Below, piece after piece: positions 18,473 through 27,396 of a stretch of 64,000 nucleotides of DNA. The DNA lies in IMG/VR virus record IMGVR_UViG_3300034656_000087; one strand, given 5' to 3'. Made by a program: the position numbers and the translations under genes. Numbering within the stretch: the first letter of the stretch is position 1; the number at the start of each line of letters is the position of its first letter. The DNA comes from an uncultured virus (IMG/VR IMGVR_UViG_3300034656_000087). Taxonomy: Duplodnaviria > Heunggongvirae > Uroviricota > Caudoviricetes. Under the pieces are notes generated by a model. That model was given only the letters and a program-made list of their open reading frames with translations, was not told the origin of the DNA and ran no database searches.

Positions 18473-19628
18473 CGCCCAGTTCAACCGCCCGTTCCCGGAG
18501 CAGGTCACGTTCTTCCGTAACAAGCTGAACCTGCCCACCACGCGCTCCGGGCAAATCACCCGCGACCAAAACGACGCGGCCTTTGTGGTGGCCGGTGCCA
18601 CCAAGGCCGACCTGCTCGCGGATCTGCGCAGCGCAGTAGACGACGCGATCAGCAACGGCCAAAGCCTAGGCGAGTTTCGCCAGCAGTTTGAGGAGATCGT
18701 CGCCAAGCGAGGGTGGACCGGCTGGACAGGTGAAGGCAGCAAAGCAGGCCGCGCATGGCGTACCCGTCTTATCTACAAGACGAACCTCGATACCAGCTAC
18801 GCCGCTGGCCGCTGGCAGCAGATGACTGACCCGGACGTGGTTCGACTGCGCCCCTACTGGCGCTACATCCACAACACCATCGAAAACCCACGCCAGCAGC
18901 ACCAGCGCTGGAACAACCTGGTGCTGCGTGCCGATGACCCGTGGTGGCAAGCGCACTACCCACCCAACGGCTTTGGCTGCAACTGCGGTGTGGAAACACT
19001 AAACGAACGCGGCCTGCGCCGCCTGGGTAAAGATGGCCCGGATTCAGCACCGAATGACGGCACCTATGAACACGTCGATAACACCACCGGTGAAGTGGTC
19101 ACCGTGCCAAACGGAGTGCAACCCGGCTGGGACTACGCCCCAGGGCAAACCGCCACCGAGCGTGCGATCGCTGCGCGGTTAGAGCGCCTGGATAGCGTCG
19201 AAGCCACGATTGCAAGGCAGCATGTGGCCGACTTGGTCGAAGCGCCATTATTCAACCGCTTTTGGAATGGCGAAGTGCAAGGCGAGTATCCGGTAGCGGT
19301 GGTACCGCCCGTAGAACGGCAGGTGCTAGGCGCAGAAAGCCCCGTGGTGCTGCTCTCACAAGAGAGCCTCACGGCGCACAAGGTCAGCCACCCCGAAGTG
19401 GGCTTGGAGGATTACCGCCGGATTCAGCAGATACTGGACGAAGGCGAGGTGTACCAACGGGAAAGCGAACCAGGTCGCATGGTCTACCTGAACCTGGGCG
19501 AACGGCTATACAGAGCCGCGCTAAAGCGGACAAGCGATGGCAAGAAGAACTACTTCCTCACGCTGTTTATCGTGAGCGATGAAAAAGCCGAGCGGGAAGT
19601 CAGGCAGAAGATGGAGCGCGTGCGCTAG
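18462..19628 (+). CDS. F: MuF (gp30) minor head protein with C-terminal BECR/PBECR2-like nuclease extension
   Basis: AFVVAGA, TNL.TSYAAGRW, HYPPNGFGCNC, GWDYAPG; extension ~19245-19628 with HPEV..EDY..I..IL.EG and K.T.DG...YFLTL. Confidence 0.85.
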   Translation: MPISAQFNRPFPEQVTFFRNKLNLPTTRSGQITRDQNDAAFVVAGATKADLLADLRSAVDDAISNGQSLGEFRQQFEEIVAKRGWTGWTGEGSKAGRAWRTRLIYKTNLDTSYAAGRWQQMTDPDVVRLRPYWRYIHNTIENPRQQHQRWNNLVLRADDPWWQAHYPPNGFGCNCGVETLNERGLRRLGKDGPDSAPNDGTYEHVDNTTGEVVTVPNGVQPGWDYAPGQTATERAIAARLERLDSVEATIARQHVADLVEAPLFNRFWNGEVQGEYPVAVVPPVERQVLGAESPVVLLSQESLTAHKVSHPEVGLEDYRRIQQILDEGEVYQRESEPGRMVYLNLGERLYRAALKRTSDGKKNYFLTLFIVSDEKAEREVRQKMERVR

Positions 19629-19648
19629 AGGAACTGAGCTTGAGGAAC

Positions 19649-19732
19649 GTGGTGCAACGCTGGTTCGCCATCCCCAGATACCTCATCTGCTTACGCAGGG
19701 TACACCAGGCGAATATTGGTCTTTCGCACCAC
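19649..19732 (+). ncRNA. Putative structured RNA: four-way junction with loop-loop pseudoknot
   Basis: P1 GTGGTGC/GCACCAC, P2 CTGG/CCAG, P3 TACC..CTGC/GCAG.GGTA, P4 ACCA/TGGT; loops TTCGCC and GGCGAA are complementary. Confidence 0.65.
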
Positions 19733-19754
19733 AAGAACAGTATAGGAGAGAACC

Positions 19755-20195
19755 GTGATCACCATCAACGCCAACACCGACGCCATCGAACGCGCCATTC
19801 AGGAGCTGATCAACAAAGGCGACGACCTCACCGCGCCGATGAAGTCAATTGGCGAGGAGATGGTCAACCGCACTCAACAAAGGTTTAGGGATAAAGAAGC
19901 ACCGGACGGCACGCCCTGGCAAGATAACTCCCCCGTCACAGAAAAACGCAAAGGCCACGGGCGAGTACTCGAAGGCGAGAGCAAGCAGCTCGCCAAACAG
20001 TTCAGCTACAGCGCCAGCAGCGAAGGCGTCGAATGGGGCAGCCTGATGGTCTACGCCGCGATGCAGAACTACGGCGGCACCAAAGCCGAGTTCCCCCACC
20101 TATGGGGCGACATCCCCAGCCGCGAGTTCATCGGCCTGAGCGATGACGACGAAGACGAGGTATTGGGCATCCTCGCCGACCACCTAAGTCTCTAA
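19755..20195 (+). CDS. G: Virion morphogenesis protein (Mu gpG)
   Basis: RF....APDG.PW, YAAMQNYGG, IPSREFIGLS. Confidence 0.9.
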   Translation: MITINANTDAIERAIQELINKGDDLTAPMKSIGEEMVNRTQQRFRDKEAPDGTPWQDNSPVTEKRKGHGRVLEGESKQLAKQFSYSASSEGVEWGSLMVYAAMQNYGGTKAEFPHLWGDIPSREFIGLSDDDEDEVLGILADHLSL

Positions 20196-20350
20196 CGGCC
20201 ATCCCGCAACGTGCCTCTGTAAGCGCCGCTAAGGCGTTGCCCGCTACGCTGACTCGACTTTATAACCAAAGGCGCGTTAGACGTGCGTTAGATTTCGATA
20301 TAGAGTCATCATCGAAGGTTGGAGGCAGAAAAAATACAGGGGATGGCAGG

Positions 20351-21340
20351 ATGTCACGACGCGAAGCTCAAAAGAAGATTCATTATGTACGCGCTGTTTT
20401 CAGTCAAAATTACGATCCAGGTGCCACCCTTGAGGAGCTTGTCAGGCAAGCTCTGAGACTAAAGCCAACATCGACAGACACCCATGTAGCTATGCGCCAG
20501 TTAGGGGTCGTTGGAGTGAGGGTTCGTCACCGTGAATGGGAGACAGAAGGTGCTGTTATTAAATTGTCGCTTGGCGGTGGTACTCCAAATGAATCTATAG
20601 GCACGCTTGGACTTAATACTGAGGGTGTTGATGACGATGACACTCCTCATGAACCCCTTGAAAATCGTGCTTTCAAATTGGCGGAGGCATTTGTACTCAT
20701 TGATGGAAATGATGTGCTGGTCATCACTGACGGTGCTATACGTGGATATGGGGTAGTATACCGCTACTTCAAAGGGCTTTTTGATAGCGCCAACCTTCCC
20801 CCAAATGCCCAAGCTTTCGATTTACACCCTGCGTCTAATCAAGATAAGCGACAAACCCTAGTGACAGAAGGAGTGGAGTCACTCGCCATCAAAGGCACGA
20901 TGTACGCTGCTACGCATGCTCTCGAAGAAAGAAGAGATGGGGGTGTACACCATGCTGTTAGAGAAATGAAGCGCGGGCTACAAGCTCTATTTTCAAGCGG
21001 TGCTCAAAATGATGAGCAGCTAGAAGCCATCGCTAGGAATTGGGGTGAGGTCAACGTTACGACGACGATCAGGCCCAAATATAGAAGCATCCAGTCACCT
21101 ATTCTGCTGAATACGATAGACGAAGCTGCTCAGGAGCTTGTGGATGAAGTTCCGGATGATGCAGAAGTCACAATCACAACGCGATCAGGCAACAAAATTA
21201 AGTCAGGCGATGTGATACTCACCAAAGTTGTCAGGCTGTACAGAAAGGAGTATCGGAATGACATAGATCATTTGGACGCGTGGGAAGAACTCGACAGGTT
21301 CAGAGATGAGTTAATAGAACGAGGTGCTTGGCAAAGATGA
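20351..21340 (+). CDS. Accessory soluble protein, unknown function (~329 aa from ATG 20351)
   Basis: Long AT-richer ORF inserted between G and I. Confidence 0.8.
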   Translation: MSRREAQKKIHYVRAVFSQNYDPGATLEELVRQALRLKPTSTDTHVAMRQLGVVGVRVRHREWETEGAVIKLSLGGGTPNESIGTLGLNTEGVDDDDTPHEPLENRAFKLAEAFVLIDGNDVLVITDGAIRGYGVVYRYFKGLFDSANLPPNAQAFDLHPASNQDKRQTLVTEGVESLAIKGTMYAATHALEERRDGGVHHAVREMKRGLQALFSSGAQNDEQLEAIARNWGEVNVTTTIRPKYRSIQSPILLNTIDEAAQELVDEVPDDAEVTITTRSGNKIKSGDVILTKVVRLYRKEYRNDIDHLDAWEELDRFRDELIERGAWQR

Positions 21341-21855
21341 TCCAGAATCAACCAAGGCGGAATTTCACAAAGCCTATCCTTGCTTGCGTAAGCGTTGTCA
21401 TCGCTACGCTGAACGCATGGAAGCTTCAGCCTTGGTATCACGCCAGCGATGATGCTGTGAGTGTGCTCATAACGGTCTTTTCGATTCTTACTGGTTTTTT
21501 GGCTGCAGTGATGGCTATCGTTGCGAACGACCGTATTCTCAGAGGTCGGAACTGGAGACAAGATACCTTTTATCTTGAGCTCATTCGCGGGGAGCTGGCT
21601 CTATATAAGTTAATTTTTTACTTATACCTAATGGTGCTTATCCTTGCGTTTTTGACGAGTTTAGAAGCTCAATGGCCTGATTGTGTGCAGCTTTGGCTGG
21701 AGCGCGTCCTTATTTTCTCAGCCAGCCTAGGGATTCTCTCATCATTTCATCTACCTGAGATTATCAGCCGTAAACATATCCAAGCGATGGAGCACCAGAT
21801 CCGCACACGAAGGGATAAAGAAACAGGTGAAAAAAAGTCTGACCAAAACTCCTAA
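21328..21855 (+). CDS. Accessory multi-pass membrane protein (start 21328 or 21337)
   Basis: About four hydrophobic segments; overlaps the previous gene's stop. Confidence 0.8.
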   Translation: MAKMIQNQPRRNFTKPILACVSVVIATLNAWKLQPWYHASDDAVSVLITVFSILTGFLAAVMAIVANDRILRGRNWRQDTFYLELIRGELALYKLIFYLYLMVLILAFLTSLEAQWPDCVQLWLERVLIFSASLGILSSFHLPEIISRKHIQAMEHQIRTRRDKETGEKKSDQNS

Positions 21856-21859
21856 AACT

Positions 21860-21905
21860 CTTTAACCCACGCTAAATCCCGCTAGCCTCCCCCGCCCCCG
21901 ATCAT
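21860..21905 (+). promoter_or_regulatory. Putative Mor/C-activated late promoter for the head operon
   Basis: CTTTAACCCACGCTAAATCCCG box 40 bp before -10 GATCAT, which is 6 bp before the ATG. Confidence 0.65.
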
Positions 21906-21911
21906 GGGGGC

Positions 21912-23018
21912 ATGAAAACACAAAGCCTTCAAACAAAGCCCCGCGTCGCCGCCTGCGCTCTTCGAGTGCAGATAACTGACGACAAGACGCGCCTGATGCC
22001 TGCTGGCACCTTTCACGCACCGCGTGGGGCTGCTGAAGGCACCGGCCCGTGGCATCTCTCTGCCGAAGCCGCTCAAGCGATTATCCAATTGGCCGCTGCG
22101 CGCAGTACCGACATCGCCATCGACTACGAACACCAGATCCTCTACTCCGAAAAGAACGGCCAGCCCGCGCCTGCGTCTGGCTGGGTCGACCCGCGCTCGC
22201 TTGAGTTTCGGGAAGATGGCCTGTACGGCACGGTGACTTGGACGGCCAAGGCCCGTGCTGCCATCGAAGAAGGCCCCAATGGCGAGCCACCCGAATACCG
22301 CTACCTCTCCCCCGTATTCCCCTACGACGCCAACGGCGTGCCGCTCGATCTGCTGCACCTGGCGTTGACCAACACCCCCGCCATTGATGAGGGCGCGGCG
22401 CAGCTTGCCGCCGCTCGGATGGCGATAGCCCATGACGTCACCGACGACGCCCAGGAGATCGACACCGTGAAACGAGAACAACTGATTGCCACGCTCGGCC
22501 TGGCCACCGATGCCACCGACGAACAGATCGACACCGCCATCGCAGCCTTGAAAGCCGCCAAGGCAGATGCCGACGCCTTCCGCACCGCGTTGGGTGCCAA
22601 AGACGACGCGAAGCCAGCGGAAGCCGTAGCAGCGCTCAAGGCCTCCAGTGCAGCCGCACCGGTAGACATGACGCAGTTCGTGCCCGTGGCCGTGTACCAA
22701 GAAACCACTCAGCAGCTAGCCGCCCTGAAAGCCAACGGCAACAACGCTGAGCTAGACGCCCTCATCAAGCAGGGCCTGGATGATGGTCGCATCCCTGGTG
22801 AGGCGACAGCCGATTGGTTGCGCGAACAAGGCCTCGCCGCCTGTAAGGCGCATCTTGAAGGCGCACCCAGCATCGCCGCGCTGAAAACCACGCAGACCCA
22901 GGGCAAGCCCCTGGAAGGCAAAGAGACCGGCGAAGGCAAGCTCAACGAGACCGAGCTGGCGGTGTGCAAGGCGATGGGCTTAACGCCTGAGCAGTACCGC
23001 GCCGCTAACCCAGCGTAA
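21912..23018 (+). CDS. I: Prohead protease/scaffold (Mu gpI)
   Basis: IDYEHQ, PAPASGW, YRYLSPVF, ALTNTPAI. Confidence 0.95.
   Translation: MKTQSLQTKPRVAACALRVQITDDKTRLMPAGTFHAPRGAAEGTGPWHLSAEAAQAIIQLAAARSTDIAIDYEHQILYSEKNGQPAPASGWVDPRSLEFREDGLYGTVTWTAKARAAIEEGPNGEPPEYRYLSPVFPYDANGVPLDLLHLALTNTPAIDEGAAQLAAARMAIAHDVTDDAQEIDTVKREQLIATLGLATDATDEQIDTAIAALKAAKADADAFRTALGAKDDAKPAEAVAALKASSAAAPVDMTQFVPVAVYQETTQQLAALKANGNNAELDALIKQGLDDGRIPGEATADWLREQGLAACKAHLEGAPSIAALKTTQTQGKPLEGKETGEGKLNETELAVCKAMGLTPEQYRAANPA
22467..23018 (+). CDS. Z: Nested in-frame scaffold protein (Mu gpZ-like)
   Basis: AGGAG at 22453-22457 and in-frame GTG at 22467, after the protease domain. Confidence 0.65.
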   Translation: MKREQLIATLGLATDATDEQIDTAIAALKAAKADADAFRTALGAKDDAKPAEAVAALKASSAAAPVDMTQFVPVAVYQETTQQLAALKANGNNAELDALIKQGLDDGRIPGEATADWLREQGLAACKAHLEGAPSIAALKTTQTQGKPLEGKETGEGKLNETELAVCKAMGLTPEQYRAANPA

Positions 23019-23054
23019 CGGCTGGCCACTCTCCACACGCAAGAGGATCACACC

Positions 23055-23492
23055 GTGACCGCTGCAACCCAAAACCGAAACACCCCGCACCGCTTAGGGC
23101 TGTCTCGTGGCCATCTGGTCGCGGCGGCAACCGAGTGCTTCGCGGGCACCATCGCCGTCATCAATGCCACTGGCTTTACCGAGCCGGGCACCACCGCCAC
23201 CGGCCTGATCGCTGCCGGTGTGTTCGAGCACTACCAGGACAACACCAGCGGCGGCGACGGCGACCAGGTCGTGACCGTTAAGCGCGGCAACTTCCGGTTC
23301 GATAACTCGGCCAGTACCGACGAGATCACCGCCGCTGACATCGGCCAGGTTTGCTACATCGTCGATAACCAGACCGTCGCCAAAACCGACGGCACCGCGA
23401 CCCGCTCCCCCGCTGGCATTGTCGACGACGTCGACGACGCAGGCGTGTGGGTCAACATCGACCCGACTAACGGCGTGGCCGCTAGCGCGTAA
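23055..23492 (+). CDS. Head decoration / capsid cement-like protein
   Basis: Position between I and T; DIG..CYIVD.QTV...RS.AG...VWV. Confidence 0.75.
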   Translation: MTAATQNRNTPHRLGLSRGHLVAAATECFAGTIAVINATGFTEPGTTATGLIAAGVFEHYQDNTSGGDGDQVVTVKRGNFRFDNSASTDEITAADIGQVCYIVDNQTVAKTDGTATRSPAGIVDDVDDAGVWVNIDPTNGVAASA

Positions 23493-23506
23493 TAAGGACT
23501 GCCTAC

Positions 23507-24409
23507 ATGAATCTTACCCAAGCCAATTTGAAGGTGCTGTTTCAGGCCTACAACACATCGTTTCAGCAGGGCTTTAGCTCGATGGGCGAACAGGGCGCGC
23601 TTTACGAGCAGTTCTGTACCACCGTGCCCAGCACCACTGCCGTGGAAGTGTACCCGTTCCTCAAGAGCCTGCCGCGCATGCGCGAATGGCTGGGCGATCG
23701 CGTTATTCACTCGCTCGAAGGTGCCGGGTTCAGCATCAAGAACCGCAAGTTCGAGCTGACCGAAGGCGTCTCACGGGATGCTGTGGAAGACGACACCTAC
23801 GGCCTGTGGTCACCGGTCTTCCAAGAGTTTGGCCGCTCCAGTCGTGAGCACCCCAACGAACTGGCCGTGGAAGTGCTGGAGCAAAACCCGGAGTGCTACG
23901 ACGGCCAGCCGCTGTTCGATGCCGACCACCCAGTGCTGGATAAGTCAGGCAAAGAAATCTCCGTCAGTAACGACATGGGCGGCACAGGCGATGCTTGGTA
24001 TGTCATGGATCTGACTCGCGTGATCAAGCCGATCGTGTTCCAGAAGCGCCGTGATTACAACTTCCGCTCCATTACCGATCTCAACGACACGCAAGTGTTC
24101 ATGACCGACAACTTCGTGTTCGGTGTAGATGCTCGTGTGAACGCCGGTGCGGGCCTCTGGCAGCTAGTCGTGCGCTCTCGCCAGCCGTTCACTGCTGAGA
24201 ACTATGAGGCAGCACGCCAAGCGCTAACTGCGATGAAAGGCGACTACGAACGCCCGCTGGCGCTGCGCCACTCGCACACCATGGTGCCCAACTCCATGGA
24301 GGGGGCTGCCCGTGCCGTGCTGCAAAGCCAGCTGGCCGCCGGTGGTGAAACCAACAAATGGGCCAACACCTCAACGCTGGTGCTGAACCCCTGGTTAACC
24401 AGCGCTTAA
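23507..24409 (+). CDS. T: Major capsid protein (Mu gpT)
   Basis: PRMREWLGDR, CYDGQPLFD.DHP, KPIVFQKR, GVDARVNAG.GLWQL. Confidence 0.96.
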   Translation: MNLTQANLKVLFQAYNTSFQQGFSSMGEQGALYEQFCTTVPSTTAVEVYPFLKSLPRMREWLGDRVIHSLEGAGFSIKNRKFELTEGVSRDAVEDDTYGLWSPVFQEFGRSSREHPNELAVEVLEQNPECYDGQPLFDADHPVLDKSGKEISVSNDMGGTGDAWYVMDLTRVIKPIVFQKRRDYNFRSITDLNDTQVFMTDNFVFGVDARVNAGAGLWQLVVRSRQPFTAENYEAARQALTAMKGDYERPLALRHSHTMVPNSMEGAARAVLQSQLAAGGETNKWANTSTLVLNPWLTSA

Positions 24410-24474
24410 CGGCACGTTAAACCGCCTATCGCAGTGCCTGCCCCGGCGGGCACTGCGCAACGGAGAGCACCCTC

Positions 24475-24912
24475 ATGACCACACGTAAGCAAAGCGCCGC
24501 TGCCAAGGCCAAGCAAGAAGATAAAGCCGCAGCAGCCGCGACCGAGGCCCAGCCTCAAGAGCAGGCCGAGCCAACGCCGGAAACACCAGCCGATGCCATA
24601 GCGACCAACGATGAGCAGGAAGCTCAGGCGAGCGAAGCGGCGGCCATCGAAGCCCAGGGTAACACCGTCACAGGTGACGGCACCGGCACAGCGCTACCGC
24701 CCATCGAAGAGATGCCAGGCGTTTTTGTGCGCACCAAGCGCCGGATCAAAAGCCGCCGCCGCGCTGGCTTCCGCTTCAACCGCGAAGGCACCGGCATCGC
24801 CCTGGAGCTGCTCAGCGAAGAGCAGCTGCAACAGTTGCGCGATGACCCGGCGCTAGAGGTGGAAGACTGCACCTTCCCGCTGGCTGAAGCGACCAGCGAG
24901 CCGGAGGCCTAA
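24475..24912 (+). CDS. Mu gp35/HI1506-like protein
   Basis: RRRAG.RF...L..L..DP.L.V motif after an acidic low-complexity N-terminus. Confidence 0.75.
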   Translation: MTTRKQSAAAKAKQEDKAAAAATEAQPQEQAEPTPETPADAIATNDEQEAQASEAAAIEAQGNTVTGDGTGTALPPIEEMPGVFVRTKRRIKSRRRAGFRFNREGTGIALELLSEEQLQQLRDDPALEVEDCTFPLAEATSEPEA

Positions 24913-24915
24913 CCC

Positions 24916-25323
24916 ATGCCGTACTGCACGAAAGCGGATCTCATCACCCGGTTCGGCGAAGACGAGCTGCTCTCACTGGCTCACGACCAGAACGGCGCGT
25001 TGGATGATGCCGTGATTGACCGCGCCTGCGACGACGCCAGCGGCGAGATCGACGGCTACGTGAGTGCAGCGGGCTACCCCGTACCGCTCTCGCCCGTACC
25101 GCGCATCGTCACCTCTTACGCTTGCGACATTGCCCGCTATCGGCTGTATGACGAACAGGCTCTGGAGCAAGTCCAGAAGCGTTACGACGCCGCCGTCAAA
25201 TTCCTACGCATGGTTTCCCGTGGTGAGGTTCGCCTGGGTATCTCGACCAGCCAAGGAAGCAGCAGTGCAGGCAGCGTGCAAATGAACCCAGGCCGCCAGG
25301 TGTTTAACGGCGGTGGTTTCTAG
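24916..25323 (+). CDS. Head-tail adaptor (Mu gp36, DUF1320)
   Basis: YCT..DL..RFGE.EL, DAS.EIDGY, CDIARYRL. Confidence 0.92.
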   Translation: MPYCTKADLITRFGEDELLSLAHDQNGALDDAVIDRACDDASGEIDGYVSAAGYPVPLSPVPRIVTSYACDIARYRLYDEQALEQVQKRYDAAVKFLRMVSRGEVRLGISTSQGSSSAGSVQMNPGRQVFNGGGF

Positions 25324-25349
25324 CCCCGCACGATTGGAGACAACAGATC

Positions 25350-25640
25350 ATGAGTGCCAAACAGACCACTAAAGCAGCGGCTGAGCAAAGCGCTGATAAA
25401 GACGCACCACCACCGCGCTCCCGCGAGGCTGTGTCGGTGCGGGTGAAGACAAAATCACCCGGTGTAAAGCGTCAGGTGTGCGGTGTCATTTTCGAGAACA
25501 CCTGGAAGTACTTGACGCTGGATGATCGCGGCAGCGCCTACAAAGCCATTGCCCGCGATCCCGCGATGGTGATGGAAAAGGCAACACCGCCACCGAAGCC
25601 AGTGGCCACTGAAGAGTCAACAGGCAAAGAGGCCAAGTAA
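25350..25640 (+). CDS. Hypothetical protein
   Basis: SD GGAG; TAATG coupling to the next gene. Confidence 0.65.
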   Translation: MSAKQTTKAAAEQSADKDAPPPRSREAVSVRVKTKSPGVKRQVCGVIFENTWKYLTLDDRGSAYKAIARDPAMVMEKATPPPKPVATEESTGKEAK

Positions 25641-26077
25641 TGCTCTCGCTCATTCCGTGGCTCGACCGTTTGAACGCCCTGGAAGGGCTGCCCACCGTGC
25701 AACTGGCCGCCGATGTAGAAGCGGCCAAAAACAAGGTGGGCCTGCCCAGCATGATGCTGGTGCTGGGGCGCGAAACGGTGAGCCACGGGGCCATGAGCAA
25801 CCAGGCACGCCACCGGGTGAAAACCGAAGTGCTCCTGGTCACGGGTATTAAACGCATGAACGCGCCGCTCGGCCCGGTGGCCACCCCAGGCGAAGACGTA
25901 CTGGCCAGCCTACGTCAGCCCGCCTTGACCGCATTGATCAACTGGCTGCCCACAGGCTGCGACATCCCCGTGAAATGGCAGCGCGGCCAGCTGCTGGCGC
26001 TGGAAAGCCATGCCCTGTTTTGGGCTGACGTGTTTACCACCGAATACTTTTGGCCACTTGAGGAGACTTCACCGTGA
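25640..26077 (+). CDS. Tail terminator-like protein (gp37-like)
   Basis: AL.NW.P...G.LL......W.D.F.T; position before the tail tube gene. Confidence 0.72.
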   Translation: MLSLIPWLDRLNALEGLPTVQLAADVEAAKNKVGLPSMMLVLGRETVSHGAMSNQARHRVKTEVLLVTGIKRMNAPLGPVATPGEDVLASLRQPALTALINWLPTGCDIPVKWQRGQLLALESHALFWADVFTTEYFWPLEETSP

Positions 26078-27015
26078 CCATGAAAACGAACCGCCGGGCG
26101 ATGCTGTTCGCCCTTGAATCGGACTACAACGACGGCACGACCACGCCTGAAGGTGCCACCGATGCCGTGTTAACTCGCGAGATCAGCGTGACCCCGCTCA
26201 GCGGTAACGACATCGAACGTAACTTTGTGCGCCCGTATTACGGCAATAGTCCGCGTGCCGCTGGTGAAAAGCACGTAGAGGTGCAGGTGGAAGTCGAGCT
26301 ATGCACTAGCGGCACCGCTGGCACGGCTCCGCCGTGGGGCAAGATGCTGCGCTGTTGTGGCTTTTCGGAAGTCATCGATAACACCGTTGGCAGCGAAAGC
26401 GTGACCTACGCACCCGTGTCGGAGAACGAAGACAGCGGCGTGTTCTTCGTCCATGTCGATGGCAACTTGCACAAAGGCCGTGGGGTACATGGCACGGCGG
26501 CCTTCACGGTCAACGCGGAGAGTATCCCTGTTGTTCGTTTCACGCTGCGAGGCTTGTTGAGCCCCGTCACCCCAGAACAACTCCCCGCCGTCACGCTCAG
26601 CCAGTGGAACGCTGCCTTGGCGGTCAACACCCTGAACACCGAGCCGCTGACCTTCATGGGGGCCACCGTACCCTTCAATCAGTTCTCGCTGGATATGAGT
26701 GGCGAGGTGGTTCACAAGAAGATCGTCGGCTCCAACGACATTCAGATCACCGGGCGCGCACCGTCTGGCCAGCTGATCATTGAAGACCCCGGCGTAGGGG
26801 TTAAGAACTACTTCGAGGTCTCACAAAACGCTGAGACAGGTGCGCTCGCGCTCACGCACGGCAAGACCGCAGGCCAGATCATCGAAATCAGCATGCCGAA
26901 AGTGGGTATCGAATCGCCCACGTACTCCGACCAGGACGGCACCCAGATGCTGACCATGAACTACCGGCCCGAGCCGGTCGACGGTAACGACGAAGTCACC
27001 ATCGTCGTCAAGTAA
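26074..27015 (+). CDS. Major tail tube protein (siphovirus type)
   Basis: E..Y, RPYYG, GTAPPWG..LR.CG, GNDE; no sheath gene in this prophage. Confidence 0.85.
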   Translation: MTMKTNRRAMLFALESDYNDGTTTPEGATDAVLTREISVTPLSGNDIERNFVRPYYGNSPRAAGEKHVEVQVEVELCTSGTAGTAPPWGKMLRCCGFSEVIDNTVGSESVTYAPVSENEDSGVFFVHVDGNLHKGRGVHGTAAFTVNAESIPVVRFTLRGLLSPVTPEQLPAVTLSQWNAALAVNTLNTEPLTFMGATVPFNQFSLDMSGEVVHKKIVGSNDIQITGRAPSGQLIIEDPGVGVKNYFEVSQNAETGALALTHGKTAGQIIEISMPKVGIESPTYSDQDGTQMLTMNYRPEPVDGNDEVTIVVK

Positions 27016-27072
27016 CCCGCAAGCACCGCTGCATCAGCGGCGGTTAAACCGCAGTTAATCAGGAGTAATACC

Positions 27073-27396
27073 GTGTTCAAACTCAATACCAACCGCTCAT
27101 ACACCTACCCCGTCTCACTCACCATTTACGACGAGGAAGGCAAAGAGCAGACCGGCAAATTCACGGCCAAGTTCAAAGCACTGCCGCAAGACAAGCTGCG
27201 TGAAATGCCCGCCGACTCGCTGCTGCTCGATCATGTGCTGCTCGGCGTGAGCGGTCTGGAAGTGGCGGGCGAAGATGGCCAACCACTACAGGGTGAACAG
27301 CTGCTGCACGCGGTGAAAAATGACCCTGCCGCGAGCACCGCTCTGATCACGGCTTACCAAGAGAGCGTCTCAAAAAAGAACCGTCCGCGAATCTGA
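27073..27396 (+). CDS. Tail assembly chaperone with -1 frameshift site
   Basis: Position; in-frame slippery A AAA AAG at 27372-27378. Confidence 0.82.
   Translation: MFKLNTNRSYTYPVSLTIYDEEGKEQTGKFTAKFKALPQDKLREMPADSLLLDHVLLGVSGLEVAGEDGQPLQGEQLLHAVKNDPAASTALITAYQESVSKKNRPRI

Noticed and set aside
19640..19888. 82-aa ORF as the MuF immunity protein
   Set aside because: TTG start, more than half overlaps gpG out of frame and reads as shadow sequence; the region is better explained by RNA structure. Not fully excluded, since an AGGA lies upstream.
24430..24460. Hairpin after the major capsid gene as a novel ncRNA
   Set aside because: Single stem (CGCAGTGCC...GGCACTGCG) with no further structure; most simply an mRNA-stabilising or attenuating hairpin.
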